From Mycolicibacterium smegmatis (GTDB lineage: Bacteria; Actinomycetota; Actinomycetes; Mycobacteriales; Mycobacteriaceae), in the NCBI RefSeq assembly GCF_001457595.1, contig NZ_LN831039.1:4020001-4052000 (forward strand): DNA of 32,000 bases. Reading direction: 5' to 3'. Numbering within the stretch: the first letter of the stretch is position 1; each line of letters starts with the position of its first letter. The translations under genes and the position numbers were made by a program. A model generated the notes under the pieces. It was not told the DNA's origin, did not search any database, and saw nothing but the letters and a program-made list of their open reading frames with translations. Below, piece by piece: positions 21,173-31,341 of this stretch.

Positions 21173-22054
21173 ATGTCGTTGCGCAGCGCACCGGTGGACG
21201 GGTTCCGACTGGCCTTCGACCGACACGGGATCCGCGGCGGTCCCCCGGTGGTCCTGCTGCACGGCTGGCCCGGAACCCGGCGCGACCACCGCCACGTCGT
21301 CCCCCTGCTGACCGACGTCGCCGACGTGATCGTGCCCGATCTGCGCGGGTTCGGCGGTTCGGACAAGCATGCGGTGTCGGTCCAGCACTTCTACAGTGCT
21401 AGCGCGCAGGCCGCGAGCATCGTTGGCCTCGTCAACGAACTCGGTCTCACGGGCGTGGTCCTGGCCGGCTACGACGTCGGCAGCCGCGTCGCGCAGGGCG
21501 TCGCGCGCATGCACCCGCACCTCGTCAAGGCGCTCGTGCTGTCGCCGCCACTGCCGGGCGTCGGCGACCGGGTGCTCAGCCCGCACGCCATCCACGAGTA
21601 CTGGTACCAGGCGTTTCACCAGCTGCCCATCGCCGAGCGGATGATCGACGGCAATCCCGACGCGGTGCGCGAGTACGTGCGGCATTTCTGGGACCACTGG
21701 TCGGGCCCGGGCTTCCGCCTCGCCGAGGACGAGCTGGACCGCCTCGTCGCGGACTACGCCCTTCCGGGATCGTTCACGGCGTCCCTCGGGTGGTACCGCG
21801 CGGGGGCGGGCACCGTGGCGCAGTCGCTGGCCGAGCTGCCGCCGGACCGCGCGGTCAAGATTCACCCGACAACCGATGTGCTGTGGCCACAACACGATCC
21901 GCTGTTCCCGCTGGAGTGGGCCGACCGCCTCGAGCACTACTTCGTCGACGTGCGCCTGCACACCGCCGAGCACGCCGGGCACTTCACGCCGCTGGAGTGC
22001 CCTGACGAGTTCGCCGCGCTGATCCGCGGCGCCCTCGGCCGGGCGCCAAATTAA
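21173..22054 (+). CDS. Alpha/beta hydrolase, epoxide-hydrolase-like
   Basis: [21 protein letters not shown] (HGWPG oxyanion motif), [17 protein letters not shown]-terminal [13 protein letters not shown]. Confidence 0.9.
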   Translation: MSLRSAPVDGFRLAFDRHGIRGGPPVVLLHGWPGTRRDHRHVVPLLTDVADVIVPDLRGFGGSDKHAVSVQHFYSASAQAASIVGLVNELGLTGVVLAGYDVGSRVAQGVARMHPHLVKALVLSPPLPGVGDRVLSPHAIHEYWYQAFHQLPIAERMIDGNPDAVREYVRHFWDHWSGPGFRLAEDELDRLVADYALPGSFTASLGWYRAGAGTVAQSLAELPPDRAVKIHPTTDVLWPQHDPLFPLEWADRLEHYFVDVRLHTAEHAGHFTPLECPDEFAALIRGALGRAPN

Positions 22055-22122
22055 CGTGCGCGACACGCCGGAATTGCGTGCCTTGCAGCACATTCTGGCC
22101 GGCACACGCTGAGATACCCGGT

Positions 22123-22662
22123 ATGCCACTCACCCAGAAGCGGGCGGCCGCGCTGCTTGCCGCCGGTCTGATCGCGGTGCCGCTTGTGCCGTCGCTCCTC
22201 GTCGAGGTCAGCCCGGCCGACGACTGGCTCGAACTCGAAGGCGAACAGGAGGTGATCGTGGTCAGCGCCGACGGCGCGGCGATCGCGATGACCCCGCCAC
22301 CCGGGTGGCAGTACCGCGACGCCGGTGGCGACCGTGCGCAACTGCGCACCGACGACGGGTCCGCGGTGGTCGTCGAGGTCGTCGACCTCGACGGACGCGA
22401 CGCCGACGCGGTCACGGAGCGGCTCATCCGCCGCGGCCGTGTCGGTGGCAGCAACGCGGCGCTCACACCCGGCACGGTCTCCACGGGCGACGGATCGCTG
22501 ACCGGGCGCCCCTGCGCGGTGGTCGTCGAGGACCTGTCGGGGTCGTGCGCGTTCCTCTCCGACGGCGACGTCCTGGTGTCGGTGGTGGCGATCGGCACCG
22601 CGGACCGGCCCGCACCCGTCCTCGACGACGTTCTCGACTCGATCACCCGGAGTGACTCATGA
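22123..22662 (+). CDS. Uncharacterised protein with N-terminal signal-anchor/TM segment
   Basis: MPLTQKRAAALLAAGLIAVPLVPSLLVEVSPADDWLELEGEQEVIVVSADGAAIAMTPPPGWQY; ATG 22123 chosen; stop overlaps the ATG of the next gene (ATGA). Confidence 0.75.
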   Translation: MPLTQKRAAALLAAGLIAVPLVPSLLVEVSPADDWLELEGEQEVIVVSADGAAIAMTPPPGWQYRDAGGDRAQLRTDDGSAVVVEVVDLDGRDADAVTERLIRRGRVGGSNAALTPGTVSTGDGSLTGRPCAVVVEDLSGSCAFLSDGDVLVSVVAIGTADRPAPVLDDVLDSITRSDS

Positions 22663-23741
22663 CCACGACAACTCTCGCCCGCCCCGCGACGCGCACGGCC
22701 GTGCTGTACCGACCCGGGTCGGCGGTGTTCTGGGTGTTCGTGATCGCGCTGGCCGCGGGCGCGTTCGCCCTGCTCAACCAGGAGGGTTCGGCGATCCACG
22801 AGACGCTGGACGCCAACCTGGCCCTCGCACCGTTCTGGGTGGCGTTCGTGGCGTTCATGGTGTGGTTGCTGCTGCGCTTCGACCCGTTCCGCGCCATGCG
22901 GCCCTACCCGCAGGTCCTGGTCGCAGGCGCCGTGCTGGGCGCGACCGTCGCGGTGCCCATGGCGATCACCGGCAACACCTCACTCGAGGCGTTGTGGGGA
23001 CTGGTGTTCAGTCCGGAGGTCGTGGCGAACTGGGGCCCGTCGCTGTGCGCGCCGATCATCGAGGAAGCCTCGAAACTGATGTGCGCCCTGGTGCTGCTGG
23101 TGTTGTGCGCATCGGTCGTCACCCGCATCGCGCACGCACTGCTGATCGGCATGTTCGTCGGCCTCGGTTTCGACCTCATGGAGGATCTCGGTTACGCCAG
23201 CAGCAGCGCGATCCTGAGCCTGGACTCCGATCTCTCGGGCGCGGGTACGTCACTTCTGGTGCGCGCGTTCACGGCTGTGCCCGCGCACTGGTCCTACACG
23301 TCGCTGACCGCCGTGGGCGCACTTTTGCTGCTGCCGTCGTTCGCCGGGCGCCGCGACTGGCCCGCCGCGCGCCGGATCCCGGTGGCCGTGGGGCTGCTGC
23401 TGGCCGGCCCGCTCATGCACTTCGTCTGGGACGCACCGCTTCCCGACGACTACGACGGCCCGCTCACGCTCGTCAAACTGGTCGGCAGCCTCGTGTTCTA
23501 CCTGGTGATCGTGTTCGCGCTGCTGCCGTTCGAGCGCCGATGGGTCACCGCGCGCATTGCCGACGGTCGCGACAGCGGTTGGCTGTCAGACGTTTCCGCC
23601 GACGTGCTGGACTCGCTGCCGACGCGGCGGCAGCGCCGTGCGCTGCGCAAGGCCGCCCGCAAGAGTGGCGGCCGCAAGACCGCCAAGGCCGTCGCAACGC
23701 AGCAGGACGCGGCCCTGGATCTCATCCAGACCGCGTCCTGA
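22659..23741 (+). CDS. PrsW-like (glutamic-type) intramembrane protease family protein
   Basis: Multiple TM helices with PrsW-type motifs: APIIEEASKLMCALVLL, HALLIGMFVGLGFDLMEDLGYAS, GPLMHFVWDAPL. Confidence 0.85.
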   Translation: MTTTTLARPATRTAVLYRPGSAVFWVFVIALAAGAFALLNQEGSAIHETLDANLALAPFWVAFVAFMVWLLLRFDPFRAMRPYPQVLVAGAVLGATVAVPMAITGNTSLEALWGLVFSPEVVANWGPSLCAPIIEEASKLMCALVLLVLCASVVTRIAHALLIGMFVGLGFDLMEDLGYASSSAILSLDSDLSGAGTSLLVRAFTAVPAHWSYTSLTAVGALLLLPSFAGRRDWPAARRIPVAVGLLLAGPLMHFVWDAPLPDDYDGPLTLVKLVGSLVFYLVIVFALLPFERRWVTARIADGRDSGWLSDVSADVLDSLPTRRQRRALRKAARKSGGRKTAKAVATQQDAALDLIQTAS

Positions 23742-23746
23742 CGCGA

Positions 23747-24487
23747 CTATTCGGTGGGTTTGTCGCCTGAGTCCGCCTGCTGCGGCTGCTCGGGCAGCAG
23801 AGCCTCCAGCGCCGCGCCGGTGATCCGGCGGAACGCCCGGCGTGGCCGGCCCGCGTCGAGGATCGCGACCTCGAGCGTCGACGGGCCCAGCGAACGTGGT
23901 TCGGCGCCCTCTGCGCTCGCGGACAACGCCTTGACCGCGATCTCCACGGCGTCCTGCAGGCTCGCGTTCTCGGTGTAGGACTCGTTGAGCGCCGCGATGA
24001 TCGGCTCGGTCGTGCCGCCCATGACCACGAAGTGCGGCTCGTCGGCGATCGACCCGTCGTAGGTGATGCGGTAGAGCTCCGGCGCCTTGGTCTCGCCGTA
24101 GTGCGCCACCTCGGCCACGCACAGCTCGACCTCGTACGGCTTGGCCTGTTCGGTGAAGATCGTGCCGAGCGTCTGCGCGTACACATTGGCCAGCTGTCGG
24201 CCCGTCACGTCGCGACGGTCGTAGGCGTAGCCGCGCGTGTCTGCGAACTGGATGCCGCCGCGGCGCAGGTTGTCGAACTCGTTGAACCGGCCCACGGCGG
24301 CGAAGCCGACCCGGTCGTAGAGCTCACTGACCTTCTGCAGCGACCGCGACGGGTTCTCCGCGACGAACAGGACACCCTCGGAGTACGCGAGCGCCACCAC
24401 GCTGCGGCCCCTGGCGATACCTTTGCGGGCGAGCTCGGAACGCTCGCGCATCGCCTGTTCGGGCGATATGAAGTACGGGAAGCTCAC
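23747..24487 (-). CDS. prcA: 20S proteasome alpha subunit
   Basis: [78 protein letters not shown]. Confidence 0.97.
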
Positions 24488-25395
24488 GAATCTCCTCGCG
24501 CATCAATGCCACGGCGGGCGTCGGGCCCGAAAGTGTCGGTACGGGAGCGGCTTTCGATGACCTCGCGGGCCAGTTCGGCGATCCGCGTCTCGGGGACCTC
24601 CTCGGCCCCTTCGGCGCCGATCGTCACCGCCGTCGGGTAGATGCCGCGCACCAGGTCGGGTCCGCCGGTCGCCGAGTCGTCGTCGGCCGCGTCGTAGAGC
24701 GCCTCGACGGCGACCTTGAGAGCCGAATCCGCGTCGGACACCTGCGAATACAGCTTCTTCATCGACGACTTGGCGAAGATCGAGCCCGAGCCCACCGACT
24801 GGTAGCCCTCTTCCTCGATGTTCCAACCGCCCGCGGCGTCGAACGACACGATGCGTCCCGCGCCCTCGGGGTGGGGATCGTCGAGGTCGTAGCCCACCAG
24901 CAGCGGCAGCGCCACGAAGCCCTGCAGTGCCGCACCAAGATTGCCGCGCACCATGATCGCCAGCCGGTTGACCTTGCCGCGGAACGTCAGCGGGACGCCC
25001 TCGAGCTTCTCGTAGTGCTCGAGTTCCACGGCGTACAGGCGCGCGAACTCCACGGCGATGGCCGCGGTGCCCGCGATGCCCGTCGCGGTGTAGTCGTCGG
25101 TGATGTACACCTTCTGCACATCGCGGCCCGCGATCATGTTGCCCTGCGTCGATCGGCGGTCACCCGCGATCAGCACACCGCCCGGGTACTTCAGCGCGAC
25201 GATGGTCGTGCCGTGCGGCACGGCGTCGGTCGGGCCGACCGGGGTGGTCCCGTAGGCGACTCGATTGACCGGCAACAGCTCCGGGGCCTGCCTGCTGAGC
25301 AGTTCGGAGAACGAGGACAGGTCCACGGGGACAGACGGTATTCCGGTTGTGTTGAGGGTGGGTTGGGGAAAGGACTGATTATCGCGCCAGGTCAC
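24484..25395 (-). CDS. prcB: 20S proteasome beta subunit (with N-terminal propeptide)
   Basis: Propeptide ending ...DAVPHG then [40 protein letters not shown], catalytic Thr start of mature chain. Confidence 0.97.
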
Positions 25396-25586
25396 TGGCC
25401 GCCCTTTTGCACGTATGCGCGCACGAAGTCTTCGGCGTTCTCCTCGAGGACGTCGTCGATCTCATCCAGCAGGTCGTCGGTCTCTTCGGTGAGTTTCTCG
25501 CGACGCTCCTGGCCGGCAGCCGAAGCACCGGGGAGATCGTCGTCCTCTCCGCCGCCACCGCCACGCTTGGTCTGCTCCTGAGCCAT
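25392..25586 (-). CDS. pup: Prokaryotic ubiquitin-like protein Pup
   Basis: [64 protein letters not shown] (64 aa, C-terminal GGQ). ORF track overextends to 26129. Confidence 0.98.
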
Positions 25587-25693
25587 CGCTGCCTCCTGCA
25601 ATTGTCTTCGGCGGGCCCACAACTGCCCTGCCGGTCCTTCCACAGTACCGGTCGACACCCGGATTGCCCGGGATAGCGCACCGACTCGGAAAT

Positions 25694-27190
25694 TCAGTTG
25701 GTGAGTTGCTCCACGAGTTCGACGGCGCTGTCCACGGAATCCAGCAACGCGCCCACATGTGCCTTGCTCCCGCGCAGGGGCTCCAGGGTCGGTATCCGGA
25801 CGAGCGAATCGCCCCCGAGGTCGAAGATCACCGAGTCCCAGCTGGCCGCGGCGATGTCGGCCCCGAACCGGCGCAGGCACTCCCCGCGGAAGTATGCGCG
25901 CGTGTCGGTGGGCGGGTTCTCGACCGCGTCGAGCACTTGCTGCTCGGTGACCAGCCGCTTCATCGAGCCGCGCGCCACCAGGCGGTTGTACAGCCCCTTG
26001 TCGAGCCGCACATCCGAATACTGCAAATCGACCAGATGGAGTCGAGGCGCCTGCCAGGTGAGGTTTTCCCGCTGGCGGAACCCCTCCAGCAACCTCAGTT
26101 TGGCGGGCCAGTCGAGGATCTCGGCGCACTCCATCGGATCGCGTTCCAGCAGATCGAGCACATTTGCCCAGGTCTCGATGACGTGGCTGGCCCGCGGGTC
26201 GGGATCCCGGCTGTCGACGAGCTTGGCGACACGGTCGAGGTAGATGCGTTGCAGCGCAAGTGCGGTCAGCTCGCGGCCGTCGGCCAGCGCGACGGTGGCG
26301 CGCAGCGACGGGTCGCGGCTGATCACGTGGACCGCGTGAACGGGCCGCGCGAGCGCCAGGTCCGACAGGTCGACGCCCTCCTCGATGAGATCCAGGACCA
26401 GCGACGTGGTGCCCAGCTTGAGGTAGGTGGAGGTCTCGGCGAGGTTCGCGTCCCCGATGATGACGTGCAGGCGCCGGTACTTGTCGGCGTCGGCGTGCGG
26501 TTCGTCGCGTGTGTTGATGATGCCGCGTTTGAGCGTGGTCTCCAGGCCGACCTCGACCTCGATGTAGTCCGCGCGCTGCGACAGCTGGAAGCCCGGCTCG
26601 TCACCCGACGGCCCGATCCCGACGCGGCCCGAGCCGGTCACCACCTGGCGCGACACCATGAACGGCGTCAGGCCCGCGATGACGGCCGAGAACGGCGTCT
26701 GCCGGCTCATCAGGTAGTTCTCGTGCGAGCCGTAGGACGCGCCCTTGCCGTCGACGTTGTTCTTGTACAGCTGCAGCTTGGCGGCCCCGGGGACGCTCGC
26801 GACGTGGCGTGCCGCGGCCTCCATGACCCGCTCACCGGCCTTGTCCCAGATCACGGCGTCCATCGGGTCGGTGCACTCGGGCGCCGAGTACTCCGGGTGC
26901 GCGTGGTCGACGTAGAGCCGGGCACCGTTGGTGAGGATCATGTTGGCCGCGCCGACCTCGTCGGCATCGACGATCGGCGGCGGTCCCGACGACCGCGACA
27001 GGTCGAATCCGCGAGCATCGCGCAGCGGGGATTCCACCTCGTAATCCCACCTCGTGCGCTTGGCACGCTGGATTCCAGCGGCCGCCGCGTACGCCAGGAC
27101 CGCCTGCGTCGATGTCAAAATCGGATTGGCGGTCGGATCGGACGGTGACGAGATACCGTACTCGACCTCAGTTCCGATAATCCGTTGCAT
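25694..27190 (-). CDS. dop: Deamidase/depupylase of Pup
   Basis: [37 protein letters not shown]; PafA paralogue with [37 protein letters not shown]. Confidence 0.97.
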   Translation of the reverse strand: MQRIIGTEVEYGISSPSDPTANPILTSTQAVLAYAAAAGIQRAKRTRWDYEVESPLRDARGFDLSRSSGPPPIVDADEVGAANMILTNGARLYVDHAHPEYSAPECTDPMDAVIWDKAGERVMEAAARHVASVPGAAKLQLYKNNVDGKGASYGSHENYLMSRQTPFSAVIAGLTPFMVSRQVVTGSGRVGIGPSGDEPGFQLSQRADYIEVEVGLETTLKRGIINTRDEPHADADKYRRLHVIIGDANLAETSTYLKLGTTSLVLDLIEEGVDLSDLALARPVHAVHVISRDPSLRATVALADGRELTALALQRIYLDRVAKLVDSRDPDPRASHVIETWANVLDLLERDPMECAEILDWPAKLRLLEGFRQRENLTWQAPRLHLVDLQYSDVRLDKGLYNRLVARGSMKRLVTEQQVLDAVENPPTDTRAYFRGECLRRFGADIAAASWDSVIFDLGGDSLVRIPTLEPLRGSKAHVGALLDSVDSAVELVEQLTN

Positions 27191-27199
27191 GGGTTCAGC

Positions 27200-28117
27200 C
27201 TATGTGACGGGTGCGACCCGACGGGCTGCCAGGTATTCCGGCCTGCGTCGTGGCGCCGCGAAAGGCTCCTCGAGCGCGTTGTCGACCGAGTTGAAAACCA
27301 GGAACACATTGGACCGCGGAAGCGGTGTGATGTTGGACCCGGACCCGTGCAGCAGGTTGGCGTCGAACCACAGCGCCGACCCGGCGGCTCCCGTGAACTG
27401 ATCGATGCCGGCGTGGTCGACGGCCTTGGTCAGCGTCGTCTCGTCGGGGACGCCGACCGTCTGGGCCACCAGCGACGTGTCGTGGTTGTCCTGCGGGGTC
27501 TCCCCCACGCACGGATAGAACGTCTGGTGCGAGCCGGGGATCACCATCAGCGACCCGTTGTACGGGTAGTTGCGGGTCAGCGCGATCGAACACGACACGG
27601 CCCGGATGGCCGGCATGCCGTCCTCGGCGTGCCACGTCTCGAAATCCGAGTGCCAGTAGAAACCCGTCCCGGTGAACCCGGGCATCATGTTGATCCGCGC
27701 CTGGTGGATGTAGACGTCGCTACCGAGCAGCTGGCGTGCCACCGGCAGGACGGTGTCGAGCCGGACCACCTGCGCGACAAGGTCGCTGAGCAGGTGCGGT
27801 TCGAAGATCGAGCGGATCGACCCGCCCGGCTCGCGGATCACGCGCGGATCGTCGTCGTCGAGATCGGCGGCGATGCGGTCCATTTCCTGGCGCAGGTGCG
27901 GCAGCCAGTCGTTGGTGACGGTGCCGTGGCGCACCAGGTAGCCCTGCGACGAGAAGTGGTCCAGGTTCTTCTGGTTGAGCGGGCCGTCGGCCTCGCTGCC
28001 CCACACCGTGGGGTCGGCACGCGGGATCGGTTCGATCGCGTGGGACAGGCGCGTCGGGTACGGGTCGTGGCGCGTCTCGGCGGTTGGTGTCGTCTGGGTG
28101 AACTGCGTGGTGGTCAT
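27200..28117 (-). CDS. ectD: Ectoine hydroxylase
   Basis: DHFSSQGYLVRHGTVTNDWL ... PGFTGTGFYWHSDFETWHAEDGMPAIRAVSCSIALTRNYPYNGSLMVIPGSHQTF ... FDANLLHGSGSNITPLPRSN. ATG at 28117 (MTTTQFTQ). Confidence 0.95.
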   Translation of the reverse strand: MTTTQFTQTTPTAETRHDPYPTRLSHAIEPIPRADPTVWGSEADGPLNQKNLDHFSSQGYLVRHGTVTNDWLPHLRQEMDRIAADLDDDDPRVIREPGGSIRSIFEPHLLSDLVAQVVRLDTVLPVARQLLGSDVYIHQARINMMPGFTGTGFYWHSDFETWHAEDGMPAIRAVSCSIALTRNYPYNGSLMVIPGSHQTFYPCVGETPQDNHDTSLVAQTVGVPDETTLTKAVDHAGIDQFTGAAGSALWFDANLLHGSGSNITPLPRSNVFLVFNSVDNALEEPFAAPRRRPEYLAARRVAPVT

Positions 28118-28146
28118 GCTCTCCTTCCTCGCGCGGGTGGCGCTGC

Positions 28147-28539
28147 TCAGGCGACCGACTGCGGCGCCGGGTAGGCGCCGGTCTCGTCGTGCACTTCCTG
28201 ACCGGTGACGGGCGGGTTGAAGACGCACAGCATGCGCAGCTGTTGGTCGCAGGTAACCCGGTGGCGCTCATGCCCGTTGAGCAGGTACATGGTGCCGGGC
28301 GCGAGCGGGTACTCGACGCCGGTCTCGAGGTCGGTCAGCGTGCCGGTGCCCTCGATCACCCAGACGGCCTCGACGTGGTGCTCGTAGCGGTACTCGTTGA
28401 CCGAGTTCGACTCGATGGTGGTCTCGTGGAACGAGAAACCCACCTTGTCGTCGGCCAGGATGATGCGCTTGGACCGCCAGGTGCCGACGCTGACGTCGCG
28501 GTCGGTGCCGGTGATCTCATCGGTGGTTCGGACAATCAT
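28147..28539 (-). CDS. ectC: L-ectoine synthase
   Basis: MIVRTTDEITGTDRDVSVGTWRSKRIILADDKVGFSFHETTIESNSVNEYRYEHHVEAVWVIEGTGTLTDLETG; cupin. Confidence 0.97.
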   Translation of the reverse strand: MIVRTTDEITGTDRDVSVGTWRSKRIILADDKVGFSFHETTIESNSVNEYRYEHHVEAVWVIEGTGTLTDLETGVEYPLAPGTMYLLNGHERHRVTCDQQLRMLCVFNPPVTGQEVHDETGAYPAPQSVA

Positions 28540-28551
28540 TGGTGTTCTCCC

Positions 28552-29838
28552 TCAGCTCAAGGTGACTGCGATCGATTCGGCCAGGATGTCGAGGCCGCTC
28601 TCCAGGTCTTCGCGCGATGTGGTCAGGGGCGGAAGCAGCTTGACCACTTCGTCGGAGGGTCCGCTGGTCTCCATGAGCGCACCGCGGTCGAAAGCGGCCT
28701 TGCACACCTCGCCTGCGCGCTCGGTGTCGGCGAACTTCAGGCCTTGTGCCATGCCGCGACCGCGTGCGGTGACGCCGTCGTACCGGTCGGCGATCTCCTC
28801 GAGACGCGCGCGGATCAGCTCACCCTTCTGGAGGGTCTCAGTGCTGAACTTGTCGTCCTGCCAATAGGTTTGCAGTGCCTCGGTGGCCGTGACGAACGCC
28901 GGGTTGTGGCCGCGGAACGTGCCGTTGTGCTCACCGGGCGCCCACACGTCCAGGTCGCGCCGGAACAGCGTCAGCGCCATCGGCAGGCCGTATCCGCTGA
29001 CCGACTTCGACAGCGTGACGATGTCGGGCACGATGCCCGCGGCCTCGAAGCTGAAGAACGGTCCGGTACGGCCGCAACCCATCTGGACGTCGTCGACGAT
29101 GAGCAGGATGTCGCGCGTGCGGCACAGGTCGGCGAGCGCCTGCAGCCACTCGACGCGGGCGACGTTGAGACCACCCTCCCCCTGCACGGTTTCGACGATC
29201 ACCGCGGCGGGCCGGTTCAGACCGCTGCCGGAGTCGTCGAGGACGCGACCGAACCACTGGAAGTCCTCGGTCACGCCGTCGAAGTAGTTGTCGTACGGCA
29301 TGGGCGTGGCGTGGACCAGCGGGATGCCCGCGCCCGCGCGCTTCATCGAGTTGCCCGTGACCGACAGCGCGCCGAGCGTCATGCCGTGAAATGCGTTGGT
29401 GAAGCTGATGACCGACTCGCGTCCGGTCACCTTCCTGGCCAGCTTCAGCGCCGATTCCACCGCGTTGGCGCCGGTCGGCCCGGGGAACTGCACCTTGTAG
29501 TCCAGGTTGCGCGGCTGAAGGATGGCGCGCTGAAAGGTCTCGAGGAACCGCTGCTTGGCGGTGGTCGCCATGTCGAGCGAGTGCACGATGCCGTCCGAGG
29601 CGAGGTAATCAAGAAGCGGCGCTTTGAGTTTCGGGTTGTTGTGCCCGTAGTTCAGCGCGCCGGCGCCCGCGAAGAAGTCGATGTAGCGGCGACCGTCGAC
29701 GTCGGTCACCCACGAGTCCTTCGCGGTCTCCATGACCGCGGGCCACCCGCGGCAGTAGCTACGGACCTCGGACTCGACGGTGCTGAAAACCTCAGGCAGG
29801 TCGGACTCGGTCAATTGGGCGTTTGCAGCGAGCAACAC
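28552..29838 (-). CDS. ectB: Diaminobutyrate--2-oxoglutarate transaminase
   Basis: [51 protein letters not shown] ... [26 protein letters not shown] at 29838 has a GGAGG SD; ORF track starts at 29871. Confidence 0.96.
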   Translation of the reverse strand: MLLAANAQLTESDLPEVFSTVESEVRSYCRGWPAVMETAKDSWVTDVDGRRYIDFFAGAGALNYGHNNPKLKAPLLDYLASDGIVHSLDMATTAKQRFLETFQRAILQPRNLDYKVQFPGPTGANAVESALKLARKVTGRESVISFTNAFHGMTLGALSVTGNSMKRAGAGIPLVHATPMPYDNYFDGVTEDFQWFGRVLDDSGSGLNRPAAVIVETVQGEGGLNVARVEWLQALADLCRTRDILLIVDDVQMGCGRTGPFFSFEAAGIVPDIVTLSKSVSGYGLPMALTLFRRDLDVWAPGEHNGTFRGHNPAFVTATEALQTYWQDDKFSTETLQKGELIRARLEEIADRYDGVTARGRGMAQGLKFADTERAGEVCKAAFDRGALMETSGPSDEVVKLLPPLTTSREDLESGLDILAESIAVTLS

Positions 29839-29918
29839 GAAAAAAATCCTCCGATGGAATCGGTTGATCAAACAGGTTGAGATATAACGGGTTTCGAGAT
29901 CTGCGGCGCAGTAACGCC

Positions 29919-30452
29919 TCAGACCCCGATCGGTCCGATCCGCAGGATCGGCTCGTCCTCGTGCGCGCCGTCGGCGGCGAGGAGTTCGGAATCGAAATGA
30001 GGCCGCTCGATGAGCGGGACGCCGTGACGACGGGCGAACGCGCCGAAGAACGCGCGTGATGCGGCGTTACCCGGGGACACGGTGGCCTCCACTGTGATCG
30101 GTCGCCCACCGCGATCGGAGCGCACGCGCTGCACCAGATCGTCGATCATCGCGCTGGCCAGCCCTGTGCCCTGCGCGCTGGGCGCCACCGCGACCTGCCA
30201 GACGAACAACACGTCCGGCCGTGGCGGCGGGTGGTAACCAGTGATGAAACCCTGCAGGTCACCATCACATTCGGCGACGATCGACGTCGCGGAAAAATCC
30301 GTCGCCAGCAAAAGATAGGCGTAAGTGGAATTCAGATCGAGCACTTCCGTGGCCTCCGCGATGTCACGGATGCCGATTGCGTCGTCGCCCTGCGGCGGAC
30401 GCAAATTCAGGGTCCGGGATTTGCGCCCCGGCGCGCTTTCCAGAACATGCAT
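29919..30452 (-). CDS. ectA: L-2,4-diaminobutyric acid acetyltransferase (GNAT)
   Basis: [89 protein letters not shown]. Confidence 0.95.
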   Translation of the reverse strand: MHVLESAPGRKSRTLNLRPPQGDDAIGIRDIAEATEVLDLNSTYAYLLLATDFSATSIVAECDGDLQGFITGYHPPPRPDVLFVWQVAVAPSAQGTGLASAMIDDLVQRVRSDRGGRPITVEATVSPGNAASRAFFGAFARRHGVPLIERPHFDSELLAADGAHEDEPILRIGPIGV

Positions 30453-30771
30453 ATCGAGTTGAAACTCACCACCGAACAGTTAGCGAACATCGTCAGTACA
30501 AGTCATCGGTGCCATGAACCGTAATCACATCGGGACAGCAGGATCAACCACCCCAAACGCGTTCCTCGGCGGAATCCGCGTCGCCACATGATGTTTGATC
30601 TGCGGTTATGTCGCGTTTCCACGCGCGGTGAACAAGATCGCCGTCGTTATCGAATCGTTATATTCGCACGACCGTACTACTTCTGGACGCCCGCCGGATA
30701 TCGTGGGATTTGTCACCGAAAAGCGCCGGGCAACGGTGTTTGACGTTGCGCTGCGGGGGTATGAGCCAGCA

Positions 30772-30836
30772 CCGCGAGCGTGCGTGTCTGCTGCTGAAAA
30801 TACGGCGCGTCGGCAACATTTTGCGCACGCTCGCGG
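30772..30836. repeat. Long inverted repeat / hairpin element A
   Basis: Perfect 13-bp arms CCGCGAGCGTGCG (30772-30784) and CGCACGCTCGCGG (30824-30836); an inner AAAAT/ATTTT pair lies between. Confidence 0.75.
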
Positions 30837-31022
30837 CCGATGAGAGTGCGCGATCATCGCGATTTTCGACAGCGTCAGAATTTGCCGACGAGGGTGAGGG
30901 CGACGTTGCCCGAATGACGTGTCAGTGTCGCGAGCTCCACGCGCACGCAGATTCGCTCGTGACACGGGCATCCCCGACGGGTCGCACCCTGGGATGGGAT
31001 ACGTTGGGCGACCGGGTGTTTC

Positions 31023-31340
31023 GTGAGCGGTGGGGAGGACGGAATCACGGGCGCACCCGGATACCCCGGTCTTTCCGGTGAGGCAGGCAACGCCATGGCC
31101 GGACGCGCAGTGGCCGGCTCACGGCCACCCGGTGCCGAATCTGGCCGCGTTCGACGCGGCTCCTGGACGGCTCACGGGACGAGCGCACGCTGCGCGCGCT
31201 ACCAACCCGGACCCAGCGCGATGGCCCTGAGACACGTCAGCGCCGGCGCGATCGCCATGGTCGACGCCGACGGACTCGCGGTCGCGAAGCTTGCTCGTCG
31301 GGCAGTTCATCGAGAACTTGGACCGCCTTGCCTTGAATAG
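31023..31340 (+). pseudogene. Possible degenerate TetR-family N-terminal (HTH) remnant
   Basis: Only the stretch SAGAIAMVDADGLAVAKLARRAV resembles the TetR helix-1/2 signature (A..L.D.DGL.A.....A). The rest of the ORF shows no family similarity. Confidence 0.25.
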
Positions 31341-31341
31341 C

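Noticed and set aside
22055-22122. Loosely palindromic GCCGG...CCGGC sequence after the hydrolase gene, superficially like the ectA-mpa hairpins
   Set aside because: Only about 5 consecutive paired bases; does not share the CGAGCGTGCG core.
25587-26129. N-terminal extension of the pup ORF (245 aa in the track)
   Set aside because: Runs antiparallel-free through the intergenic region into dop; the canonical 64-aa Pup starts at 25586.
25664-27148. + strand ORF of 494 aa
   Set aside because: Complement of dop; composition typical of GC-rich shadow ORFs and dop itself is unambiguous.
28189-29880. + strand ORF of 563 aa
   Set aside because: Antisense to ectB/ectC; no family similarity, while ectB and ectC are clear.
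30595-30843. + strand ORF of 82 aa in the ectA-mpa gap
   Set aside because: No recognisable motif, and it runs across inverted repeat A; retained only as part of the poorly coding gap.
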